From the NCBI RefSeq assembly GCF_009914755.1, contig NC_060925.1: DNA of 64,000 bases, one strand, 5' to 3'. Numbering within the stretch: the stretch's first letter is position 1; each line of letters starts with the position of its first letter. Below the pieces are notes generated by a model, which worked only from the letters and a program-made list of their open reading frames with translations, searched no databases and was not told the origin of the DNA. Both the position numbers and the translations under genes were made by a program. This stretch comes from the human T2T-CHM13v2.0 reference genome, Homo sapiens. Shown here piece after piece: positions 27,600-40,149 of this stretch.

Positions 27600-27705
27600 A
27601 TTCACACATTAGATTATAACCTTTTCTAGAATGTGGCTTTTGTTTATGATTATAACTTGAAGCCTAGCACAATACCTGGCATATTAACATTCATCAAATG
27701 AAAAG
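27600..27705 (+). mobile_element. L2 3' end fragment
   Basis: TAGATTATAACCTT...GCCTAGCACAATACCTGGCATA. Confidence 0.6.
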
Positions 27706-27756
27706 AACACAGACCATCCCTCAAAGAAGTCAACACTTATTCTGTACTTGTCTCAG

Positions 27757-27846
27757 GAGAGCCTTTGAGTGGGTCACACCTTTATCTACCCTGGAGAACA
27801 CATTTCATTGTTGCCACGGCTTCTGCAGCAGAGCCCTGAACCCCAG
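27757..27846 (+). ncRNA. Candidate 90-nt internal exon (probably lncRNA)
   Basis: Acceptor cttattctgtacttgtctcAG|G and near-consensus donor CAG|GTGAGT. Confidence 0.45.
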
Positions 27847-28934
27847 GTGAGTATAGTCCCTGGTACTCCTGTATTTCCACTTCTTTCTAGAAATAACAGA
27901 AGTAATAACTGAAGTTTCATAATTCAATAATATCCATTTTATGAAAAAATGAAAAGTAGGATCCCTAACTACTTAAGTCAGATTCAATAAAATGGAATCC
28001 TCTGTGATTCACTAAATAATCTTAGCTAAAAACAACTTTAGAAATAACTAGTCTATTTTTTTCTTAAGATAATCTGCCATGAAAAAGACAGGAGACATAA
28101 GCATAAAAATAGCAAAATTATTGACGCATTAGTTAACATAGATGTTGTATATTCTGGCACTTCCTGTCAAAATCTTCATTAGGGGTTAATTCTGTCAAAC
28201 AAAATCTTGGCCTACATTTCTATTTGGTGGTAGCTGTCAGCTTGTATTTTGCACGTTTCAATATTATTTAAAAGTACTTTTCCATATTTAATATATGATG
28301 GCTTACTGTACCTTTCCACTGGCATTTATCACCTCTCAAGAGTGATCAGTCTCCACAAAAGTGAAGTTCACTGTCACAGAAGGGCCTAGCCCTCATTTAT
28401 TTCCCTATATGGTATTTGGTACAGAGGCAGAGTGTACCATAGCAGGTGTGCCTTCAATTTAGTGGTCATACATTTAGCAATAGAAATATGAGTTATTAAA
28501 ATAGGCTTGTCATCTTTAAAAAACATTAGGTGACCTTAAAGTGTAGATAATTGTACAAAATTCAGTGCTTTTTTTTTTTTTTTGCTCCAGTTCCAAAATG
28601 TTTCTAAAGATGCTGCCATTGCCCAAACCAGAATTCCCATTGTTGGCAGGATAACGCTGAGCTGAGAAAAATATAGGCTTACAATATGCCCATCAACCAG
28701 CTTAATCCCTGCCTAATTTCCCCATATCCTTAATAGGCTAAGTCCATGCAGCTTGCAGGGCTTGAAGGCATTTGAAGAATATTTAAAGGAACATTTTTTT
28801 TTCCATTTGACTTAGCTTTAGCGTGATAAGACCATCTTAAACAGTCTCTGATCGTTAGTGTTTGAGGGGAAGGTGCACTGCAGTGTAGGAGAAACAAGTT
28901 GCCTAAAGCACTTAATTTGATATTCCTCTCCCCT

Positions 28935-29645
<711 letters not shown>

Positions 29646-30029
29646 AAGTTCTCTCCATTTGTCTGTTTCTTGTGTTTTCTTTTCATATAAATCAATAATC
29701 AGATTCTCCTAGAGTAGCCTGAAGACCTAATTCCATTGGTATACCAGATCTTAGCAGGGAGTCATTAGATACAAAATCTTATAAAGGTGTGTATAAATGT
29801 GAAGTCTACTTAATGTAACACACATATAAACACACTCATGCACTCATGTGTGCACTCAGACACACATAGGAAATTCAAATAAGCCTTCAAAGAAAGTCTC
29901 CTGGAATATCTGCTGCCAATGAGTTTATCATCAGTATTGACGGAACATGAACTCAGGTCACAAAACTATGGGTTTTGGTCACAAAACTGGGTTTAGAGGC
30001 AGTGAGAGGAGGAGGTGAGACAAGAATAA

Positions 30030-30660
30030 AACTTATTGCCTGCCCTCAAGGGCCCAGAATCTACCGGGGGACTCTAATAACTCACTGTCATATATTTTGT
30101 ACTGTGCTAGAGGTATATAAAAAAAAAAAAATTCCTATGGGAATATAGGACAAGAAACAATTCTTCCTGAGGATTCACAAAATAGAAGTGCTTTCTTTTG
30201 GATATGTTGAATTTCTCCAGGCAAAGATGAGGGTGAGAAGAGCATTCCAGGTTGAGAGAATGAAGAAGCAGAAATATGGAGGCATGAAAAGCATGCTATG
30301 AGCAGGCAAGTGGCTGAAACATCTGGTGCCTAAAGAAGGCTAGGGAGAGAACATTTTAAGTTCCAATTGTGAATGGCTGCTTATATAACTACTAGAGAGT
30401 TTGGACTTTTTCCTATGCAGTAAAAAAGACAGGTCAGGCACAAGTCACCAAAGATATATAGACTAGTGGAGATTATTTCAGTAACCCAGGTGAGAAAGGG
30501 AAATTATCTATACTAAAGTAGCGGGAAAGGGGATGAACAGAAAGAGATGGATTCAAAAGATACTCTGTAGGTAGAACCTACTAGGCTTAGTAACTGAAGA
30601 GATGTAGGGAGAAGGAAAAGGATGAATTCCAGGATGTGTCTAATGGTAGCAATCTGTATA
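30030..30660 (-). mobile_element. L2 fragment
   Basis: CCTGCCCTCAAGG, GAGCATTCCAGG, CAGTAACCCAGGTGAGA, GAGATGGATTCAAAAGATA, reverse L2-like. Confidence 0.7.
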
Positions 30661-31099
30661 TTTAATAATCCTAACATTTACTGTTGCCCAACCAGGAAGG
30701 AAGACAAGGGAGGAAGGAGGGAAGGAAGGAAGGGGCGGGAATAGAACTGTTTCAATCCTCAGGTGTCATGAAATTTAAGTAGATTAGCTGATATCTTGGG
30801 TTACAGAGAAGTCATCCAAAGAAACTTGTTGGCACTCTTTTATCACTTCCCAAAATGTATGCATAACATTCTTTACAGTTCCTTCCTCTCCACCCCCCTC
30901 CTTTCTTGTTTCCCTCCCCACTTCTCTGGTCTGTGCTAGCCCAAACACATCAGCAGAGCTTAGCCCCACAAGGCAGGAAGAATCCATATAATCTGCTTTC
31001 CCATTTCACTCATAGTAACATCAGTGTCGCAACCACAGTTTACTTTACACTCCTCAAAATCCCACAATAAAAACTCAGGTTCTTCCAAAACTGCTTTGT

Positions 31100-31400
31100 G
31101 GGACTTATTTAACCTAAAAGCTCAGTGATGTTTACCTGTGAGCCTGCAGCAGCGCAGTGGAATAACTTAATAAATGGAAGTGGCAGAGACACCTTTATGT
31201 TTCCTATGCAAATACTGCTTAGAAAAGCCATTAATGGGAATTATGGAAGGGGAAAGCCAACTAAATACATGGGCCAGAATAAGCAGGATGATTCAACTGG
31301 TCTTCAGGGGCCTTCTCCTCTGCTGGTAATTTTATTAGAACCATTACCAGTGAAGAAATTTTCAGCTTTTCGAATTGAACTGTAAATTGTTTCTGCTTTC
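31100..31400. promoter_or_regulatory. Candidate enhancer
   Basis: TGTTTAC (31129), octamer ATGCAAAT (31206), CCATTAATGG (31228) in unique DNA. Confidence 0.3.
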
Positions 31401-32279
31401 CATAGTATCTTAAAGGGATTTCAGGGGGAATTTTTGTTTGGTTTGTGGAGTGATCAGACTAGGGGAAGTTTTTTGGAAATTTCTGGGTTACTGTTGGGAA
31501 TTTTTCCAGAAATGGATTCTTCTTCTTTGGAAGTCTTTTGGTCATTAGTTTAAATACTATATTGGAAAATTTCTGCATAAAGATTTGTAATGTGCCCCCA
31601 ATTTTCTGTTTATAGGATTTACAAGAATATTATTGTAATGGTAACATCTTGTAATGGTGACAATATTTCTATTAATTGTATGAAACCCTATACCACTGCT
31701 TTAATCTCTGCAGTAAGAAGTCATTATTTTTTAAAGCGCCAAACACAGAATGTGTTTATTACAATTCTTCATGACCCAAATTATTTTTGGCAGAGGTGCT
31801 ATAAGTTTTTCCCTCTTTATTTATAAAAATACATTATCTGTAATTCTGGGAAATTGACCACAAAATGACGTGGAAAGCACCTTAAAATCTTTACGTATGA
31901 GACCACGTAAAGCCTCATAATAACTACTGTGATATAACATTGTTGTGTTCAACCATTACATCATTTGTTTTACTCAAAAGTGTGTGCCTCTCTACGTATA
32001 CCAATTTTAACAACGTTGTATTTTACTGTTCACATCCTGCTTAGAAAACTTCAGGTTACATTAATAATGCTGACCATTCACAGTGGCAACATAAAAATTC
32101 CTTTATCATTCTTCTTTTTCTTCTCTTGAAGCCAACGTTCGAAAACTAACAATGGAAAATATATTTGAAAGATGATGGATATGAATGGGAGAACTAGTTT
32201 TAGTTTTCTGGAATAATATCTTATGCACAAAGCTTTTATCTTATTGTTAACCTTTAACACAAATAGATTTCCTTCTGCC

Positions 32280-32850
32280 ATTTTCCCCGCTTTGTCCTAA
32301 GTTTCATGGGAGAGTCTTTGCTTGATTTGCAACTTTGGTGTCTTCGTAGGGCCACATTGTCCAAGCTGCACTAAATTGTAAGTCCCTTCTCCCTGACTTC
32401 CACACCCTGCTTTACAAAAACACACCATTTTGCAGATCAAAGAGAGACGATTTATGCTTTCATCTAGCTGACGGACGATTAAATTAAAACAGATCAGCAG
32501 TGCAGTGCATGGGCAGGTGGCTCCCACCACCACTCTCGGCCTCAGAGCGATTAAATTGTGGCGGAGATGGAGGGCCTTCCGCTCCCATTCCCGCACTTAC
32601 AGATCAAACGGTGACAAATGAGATGTTACTGCTCTTGTAAAGCAAGGCTACAATCTGTCAAAATCCAACATAATTTGTGACCCTCTGTGACATCCTCTTT
32701 CTCTTTTTTTTTTTGACATTTGAATACAGTGATTGTACTAGAGTCAAGTCCATTTAAGTGAATATAGTCAATTCTATCTAAAGGAATACAGCCTGTTAGC
32801 TCCAACATGGTAGCTGAATATATATCTGGTGAGTACTCCAGCGACCCTTT
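32280..32850. promoter_or_regulatory. Candidate deeply conserved developmental enhancer (TCF/LEF + homeodomain)
   Basis: AGATCAAAG (32434), AGATCAAAC (~32600), CGATTAAATT twice (32476, 32548), CGATTTATG; about 11 CpG in 340 bp of non-island unique DNA. Confidence 0.55.
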
Positions 32851-34092
32851 GTGTTAAGTGCATACCATTAACAATGAATTCTGATTTTTTCCAAGTTATA
32901 TAATTTGATATCTTGACAGCCCAGACACTTAAAGCACTACTATTTGTTTTAAATGGCTTTATTTTATTGTTTAAATGTCAGTATCAAAATAAAGTAATGC
33001 ATACAGTCTTGTCAGTTCTAGTGCAGGGGGAAGTGTTCCTGTTGAGAAGAGTCTTGAAAGAGTTGGTTCTAAAAATGGACTCAAAAGTCAATTGCAATGT
33101 CTCTTGGCTAAATCCTTAAATGACTCATGAAACATATTTATACCGCATTTTCTGTTTAGCTGGTGCATTTAATAAGGAACCAAAGCATAAACAGCGAAGG
33201 GAACACAGCATCTTAACTTACTGAAGTTGACATTATTGCCAGGCTTTAAAAAATACTGACTATGGGAAATAATGGAGAAATGCACAATAGAACCCAAGGC
33301 CCAGATAAATGAGCAGACCTCTAGGTGTGTTGTAATTATATAATCTGCTAGGTTATTCTAGGCGGCTTGGTCATAAGGAGTAAAATGAAAAATTCAAGAG
33401 ACTGATTGAAGATAGTTTCTAGTATTTTTAACTACTAGAATGGCAGGGAGAGTTGATTCTCTTATGCCTCCACTCTATTCAGACCTGTCTGGGGGTGATG
33501 AGCCTGTCACATTTCAGAACAGGCATTGACTTCCTACTTCAAAGTGACTGAGGAGCTTTTTCAAAAGACTTTTGTTGACCACAAACCTTTAGGCAGGTTA
33601 ACACCAACCTTCAGGGAAATCACTCTGAAATAACTTTGCTTACAAAGAACAAAAATATATCTAGACTCTTTGAGCACTTCTTTCCTAAAGAAATCGGGTT
33701 ATACTTTCAAGTTCTTTGGCATATTTTTCTACTACGGAGCTCATTCTGTAGGTTAGTCTACTCACCCTGGTCTATTTCCTTAACGTAGGGCTTGTTTACA
33801 CATGTTTTAAGGTAGCTTTCCTGCATGACGTACAATCTCTGTTAATAACTTTGCATCAGAAGCCCAGCTAGCTACAGGGAAGACCCCAGTTCTTGGCATT
33901 TCAGAGTGGTCAGCTGGTACTGAAAAGTCAACTCTGTGTTTGGTACATGGCATTGTGAGAAACATTAATCTCCCCCTACCATCATAGACCTTTTTATCCT
34001 CTCCAGGCTTTAATGCTGTCCTCACTCTAGTGTTACCCATATGTGGAAAGAAGAAATACTGTCCATAAGACCAGCAGACCTTGCCTATTTCT

Positions 34093-34347
34093 CTCTCTTT
34101 TTTTTTTTTTTTTTTCCTGAGATGGAGTCTCACTCTGTCGCCCAGGCTCAAGAGATTCTCCTGACTCAGCCTCCTGAGTAGGAGGGATTACAGGCACCCA
34201 CACCACACCCAGCTAATTTTGTATTTTTAGTAGAGACAGGGTTTCTCCATATGGGTCAGGCTGGTCTCAGACTCCCGACCTCAGGAGATCTGCCCGCCTC
34301 GGCCTCCCAAAGTGCTGGGATTACAGGCGTGAGCACCAGGCCCAGCC
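34093..34347 (-). mobile_element. AluS-type SINE with ~50-bp internal deletion
   Basis: GCCCAGGCT joined directly to CAAGAGATTCTCC; perfect 15-bp TSD ACCTTGCCTATTTCT at 34078-34092 and 34349-34363. Confidence 0.95.
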
Positions 34348-35499
34348 AACCTTGCCTATTTCTAGGCAAGGTCTCCACCTCAGCCTGATCACATTGTGGG
34401 TGTCAGGCATTTGCTTTCTATAGCCAGGATAAAGCATCTCACCCCATATAAGAAGGCTCCAGGGCCTAAGCCCAATGTGTTGGGATTATACTAGGGTCGC
34501 TGTGGTGGATGATCACAGAAGAGGGTCCACTGGATCCTGGCTGTCACTACTGTGTGCCCACAGAGACTTGGAAAGTAACTACCCCAAAGCTACCCAAACC
34601 CGTGGGTGCAGGTGGCTTTTGTTAACAGTGAAAGCCTACCAGGAGATTGGTAGTAAATTCAAGATACATGCTCTACTCTGAACCATTTGGGGGAATGGGC
34701 GCAGTGACATAGAAAAACGCAGCTTTAGCTAATGTCCTCTTCACAATTATCTTTCTCAAATCAAAAAGTGCCAGACTAAAAAACAAGCGTGTCTGATTAA
34801 AAAAATTTTAGAAAGGTTGATTTGTTTCCCTCTTTCTCTCATCGATTTCTCTACATTTTGTTTATAAATGCAAATGTGTTAGGATTGTGTGTTGATCTGT
34901 ACCTACTGTGATGACAGAGGGCAGTCATTCAGGCTTGCCAACTGGCTGCATTTGTGAACAGATTACATCCTTTACTTTTTGTGAGTTCTGTCTGGCTCCT
35001 GTTTCTGTAAAGGCCTTTGCTGATTTTATAGGCCGCCACAAACCACTGAGCTGATCTCACTTTCCTCCCTCTTCTATTATCTCTAAAAGCACTTCCTGCT
35101 TTTGATGTAGATTCTCCATTAGACACAGGAGATACAGGGCAGGTTTTCACCTTTGCCTGTAAGCACAACGGGAGGAAAGAGTAGGGTGGCAGAAATATTA
35201 TTAACTTTAAAATCTTCCTTCTACCTCCAAGATGAGAATAAATGTCCCCCAAAGATTCCCTGAGATATGCATAGACAGCTAATCCCCCATAGGAATCTCC
35301 TGTCACCTCAGGTTTTTTTCTTCTTTTAATGGAATAGAAGACTCAGTGTATGTAGAGATCTTTTCAAATGAAACTACTGTACTGCATCTGTCAGATGACA
35401 TTTTCATAATATAAAACTCATCCAATCTGTTTCTTTTCAACATTTTCAATGTTTGTTATATGATGTCAATTATAGCTTAACTTCCTTTACCCTAACGAT

Positions 35500-35870
35500 T
35501 TCCCAGAGTTTTATTAGATTGGCCAGCTAAAACTCACATATTCCCATTTAACTTCTCAAGCAACAGAACAGAAGGCATGAGTGGCTGATGTTAACCAAAC
35601 CAAACGCCACTTGAGAATGCCATTAAAAGAATCGTGGCTGAAGGTTATAAATAGGTGACACTATTTATAAAGCATAAACAAAATGTTTCTTGATGTGTAA
35701 CATAAAGCCCAAGCAGTCCTATTGTTAAAAACCTGCTCCTGTGCCTAATGTCTACATAAATAGCAGCAGCAACGCAGTATCATGAGCTGCTTTGTTTGGC
35801 CTCAAGCAAATCATAGGCATATTAGATGTAACATTTCCTACTAATTGCTGCTTGGCCTTTAGAAAAAAAA
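35500..35870. promoter_or_regulatory. Candidate enhancer with inverted double MEF2 site
   Basis: TTATAAATAG-GTGACA-CTATTTATAA (35645-35670), CACTTGA (35608), ATAAACA (35674). Confidence 0.5.
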
Positions 35871-36619
35871 AAAAAAGTTGAGGATGGGGACTTACGATGT
35901 GAGGAAATGTAGTATCATACAGCAGAGTTCAAAGGAATCTAAATTATTTGAACATTCTGCAATGATCATATATTGTGGTACTTAAGTCCAACAATAGCAT
36001 GTTGATAACAGAAATGCTAATCTCTTGGCCTTAACCCCACCCAGCACTTGTTGCTCCTGAAAGATTAATGTTATCTCTCTATTTAAGTAACCCACATATA
36101 TGTCCAAAATTAGACTGTAAAGCAAGAGCCTGCTTGACTAGAATAAAATGTTTTTTAACATCAATTTATAAATACTCTGAAAATGCAAGTCACTTTCCCT
36201 CAGCTGAATGGCTAATGCTTTACAAGATTTTGTGATACCCAAACCATTGGATGTCAGAAAGATTTAAGTTCAAATCAACATGCATTTATTCTATGGTACA
36301 GCAATATGGAAGGTTGATGGCATGAATATTTTACGGTAATGCTTCAATATTAAAATCCCCATATTGAGATTCTAGAGTAACATACAAATTATATTTAACC
36401 ATCAAAAAATTCATTGAAGTACTTATTAGAGTATCAGTAATAATAGTCATTAAAATTTTATGATCACTTAAAAGAACACTGAATAAAGACAGTTTAGCAA
36501 ATGCCCTATTTACATATTTTAACAAGACTCACATAGTAATATCAAAATCACACATTGAATTTGAGAGTAAAATTACACTTGCCCTCAAAAGAACAGATAT
36601 ATTATGGATATACCCTGAT

Positions 36620-36836
36620 AGATTTGCGTGTTTTCCCAATAGTGGGGCGAGTTGCACTGATTCATTCACACTGCCTTTTTGGACCAGCTGCAACATTATA
36701 AACATTATACAAGATCTGACTAAGAATCAGGGGTTCAATCTATGAATAAAGAACAGAATTAACTAGGTAGGTTATACAGGAATTGAATCTGCCACCTTAG
36801 CCTCATTTGGTACCATGTCCTATTTTGTTCAGCTAC
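36620..36836 (-). mobile_element. MamSINE1-like ancient tRNA-derived SINE
   Basis: Reverse strand TAGCTGAAC...CATGGTACCAAATGAGGCTAAGGTGGCAGATTCAATTCCTGTA (tRNA-Ile-like head), then AGTGTGAATGAATCAGTGCAA...CCACTATTGGGAAAACA. Confidence 0.7.
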
Positions 36837-38459
36837 AATCTTACATATTCATCTACCTAATTTACATATATATAAATAAGTAATATGTATATAACGATTC
36901 AGACATCCGTATGTATACATTATGTGGCTTACTTTCATTTTCAATATTTGACAGTATTTATGCAAGTGGTAGCCCTTAACAATTTTGATATTTAGCATCT
37001 TAGTTGATTTTCACTGCATCTTAGAATGCTAAAGAAAATAATTTTCGAAATTTTCCTAATCCAGGGGAGAGCATAAACCTCAAAAAAAATGGTGTGATTT
37101 GTTTTCTTTGCCTTCTATGTTTAAGGTTAGGAGTGATCACTGTAAATTCAATGAACTTGAGTGAACAGTAGGTCACTGAAATTCTCAAAGAGAGATATAT
37201 GTAGGCACTCAGAGAAGATGGGTGGCCTGGGGTCAACGACCAAGCCTACTGAGAACAGCCCATGCCATTGACACAGGTCACTGTGGTTTCCTTGGCACGT
37301 GTGATTTACTGGCAAATACATCCACTAGAACCCTGTAGGCTTTGTCAGAATTTGAGTCTCATGAGTGGCAAATTAATTTGGCGAGGCATTCAGCTCCACC
37401 AGATCCCATGATGAATACAAAAGTCACACCAACATATGCATTCTTAGCTCTTTTCCTTGTTTAATGCATTTACAACTACATCTAATGTTATGAAATCAGA
37501 GAAGGGAAAGACTTCCTAATATTGCACAGTTCTGGTGGTTGGAATGTGTATGTGTGTCCATGCTTAAGCACATGTGTGCATGCTCACATGTGTGGAAGAG
37601 GGAACATTAATGATTCCTATAATCAGAAATTTATTTAAAAATATTAAATACAAAACAAAATGTCAAATGATGTTTCCAGAAGTCTATCTAAATAGGCAAA
37701 GAAAAGACATCATTGGAAATATTGGGGGCCACCTTCATTCTATTGTGGATCACCAATTCATCAAACAGCCCATTATCTTCATGGTTCCTGCTTCCTCTCT
37801 TCAAAGAAATGGGAAGTAAGATCTCTTACCTTCATTGGCTTTCAAATATGTAGGCTTGAGCAACAATTCATATGGCAGCCGTAAGAGCTTTCCAGGAAGG
37901 GCAGTATTTTTTTCTCTTCGAAACGGTATCTAATACTAAGCTACAAATATTGTTATGTTCTGAAATATATGCAACAGTGACAGGAGACAAAAGACCACAA
38001 GTAATATATGGGTCCTTTTCCTGAAGCCTGCTTACCTTCCCAACCATAATTTTTGAGGTTAACATTAAAATCCAATTGTATTTTTCACAACATAGAATGG
38101 TTTGTTTAGTTGAAGACTTAACAGATGCCTAAGGAATTGACTTGATAACTGAATAATCCACGGAGTACACCCAATGCATGTGGCCAGGAGAGTCAAGCTG
38201 AACTACAAATATCTAGTCAGTAAAATGCCTTAAAATGTTTTCAAACTAATATGCCTATTCAATGTGAATTAGAAAAGCTCTAAGTAGGCAACACCGAGTC
38301 AAGAAGATTGAAAGCACACACTTTCTCTGTCTATGATCTTTCTCGAAATTTCAACAAGTCAAACATAATCCTGTTATTAGGTACTAAAAATCTACATAAA
38401 TACATGTAGAGAAAAATTTTTCCTATAACTTAGGAGCCTTCCACACTCTAATAGCAAAG

Positions 38460-38700
38460 AATATAGTGTAGTTTTTTTAAGTCCAGGCTCAGAAGCCAAT
38501 TTCTGGGTTTCAATCCCTACTGTGTAACTTACCAGCTATGTGATTCTGATCAAATTATCTAATATCTCAGTTCCCCAATTTTCTCATCCACAAAATGGGT
38601 TAAAAATCGTATCTAATTCATAGCATTGTTTTGAGGATGAAATGATTTAATACGTGTAAAGCATTTAGAACATGTGGTCAGCCCTAATTGTAAACCATCA
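38460..38700 (+). mobile_element. Near full-length MIR
   Basis: CTTACCAGCTATGTGA...TTTTCTCATCCACAAAATGGG...TTGAGGATGAAATGATTTAATACGTGTAAAGCATTTAGAAC. Confidence 0.85.
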
Positions 38701-40149
38701 GTATTATCTAATATATTTTAGACCCGTCCACCACCACAGGACCAACTTGCTAGTTTAACTGTTACACTGCCCTCAGAGAATCCTATTTATCTACTTAATT
38801 TTTCATCCACTCATTTATTCCATTGTTCATTTTCTCAAAAACAGTTTGGAGAAGGATATACCACTTAAGGACTGGCAAACCTATAAAAAGAATTAATGAG
38901 GCCTAATTGTGACAATAAGCATGCACTTTGGTGAGCTGGAGTCATTGACTAATATAAGCCAATCCTCCCTTCACCTCTAATTCATTCACATTGCATTGTG
39001 GTAACAAAATGAATAAGGGGTTTAGTCATTTATATGTGACCCAGGACGATGCTTAAGACATATTTTATTTGACCTAGAGAAAAAATATGTAAGTATTTAG
39101 AAGAAGGTGCATTGCTGATAGGTGGCAATATACCCTTATCCACTGTCCTTTGAACTGTGTCTATAGTTACCATTTGGAACATCTCTGCTACTTAAATATT
39201 CTCTGTTTTAAGAAAATAGTTCAAGGCAAAGCAGTATTTTGAATGATATAGAAAAAGGAATTAATCTCTAGATATGTTTGGCTTACCAATCTGAAATCTG
39301 CTATCCCTTGAGATAATATCAATATTGACATCATGTTTGGACACCAGACGTCAAGATGCAGGGTGTTTTCCAATGAAGATTCCCATCCCATTTTGCTTTT
39401 ACAACATCCAATGAATATGGATAAGATCCTAGAAGCAGCCCCAGATATGTATCCACAGTAGAAGCTTAATGTAAGTGGCAAATAAGTGATATTTATGTAT
39501 AAAATTTTGCTTACTTATTCTAGGCTAACACATTCAAAGTACTAACCTTGACCTACCCTATCGAAATGGGCAAAAATTCAGTTTATTATCCAATTTAAAC
39601 ATTTTTTTCTTCATGTTTTATTGGAAAATTATGCCTGTCTAGTTCATGGCACTACTAAAAGAACCATCCCAGTGATCTGTGCTTAAAAGAATTTTGACAA
39701 AGATGTGCAATATCAAGAGCCACACAGAGTAATTATTTTTGTCAGTTCCATACATTGAATCAAAAGATGACTGTTGGTTGCAGCCCATTTGTTGCTAGGT
39801 AAGGAAAAAGGAGATGGAGAAAGATCTTAGCCCACATGTGTTGGGTATGTGATGGTAAAGCCACGCCCCTTAGAAGAAAGGATTCCTTCTGATACTCCTC
39901 ATCTCTAGTCAACATCTCAAGTTGTCCATAGTCCCATTTCTACATTGTCATCTTGAGGAAACTGAATGCCCCATGACTGATCAGGCCATCTGGGGCAGGC
40001 CATCAACCACTGAAGACAAAATTTTACTCTCCAAAGTCATCTTGGCTTTGCTGTTCAGAACTGCAGACTGATGGCATATGGGGATTAGTCTATTGCAACA
40101 GATGGCTCCACTGATTTTCCTCATGAAGTGATTATTGCTCCTTCCAACA

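Noticed and set aside
33430-33960. Possible CR1/L3 (~33430-33535) and MER5-like (~33830-33960) relics
   Set aside because: Similarity too weak to call by eye
36770-36836. tRNA-like sequence on the minus strand
   Set aside because: Too degenerate to fold as a cloverleaf and continues into a SINE body; treated as a MamSINE1 head, not a tRNA gene
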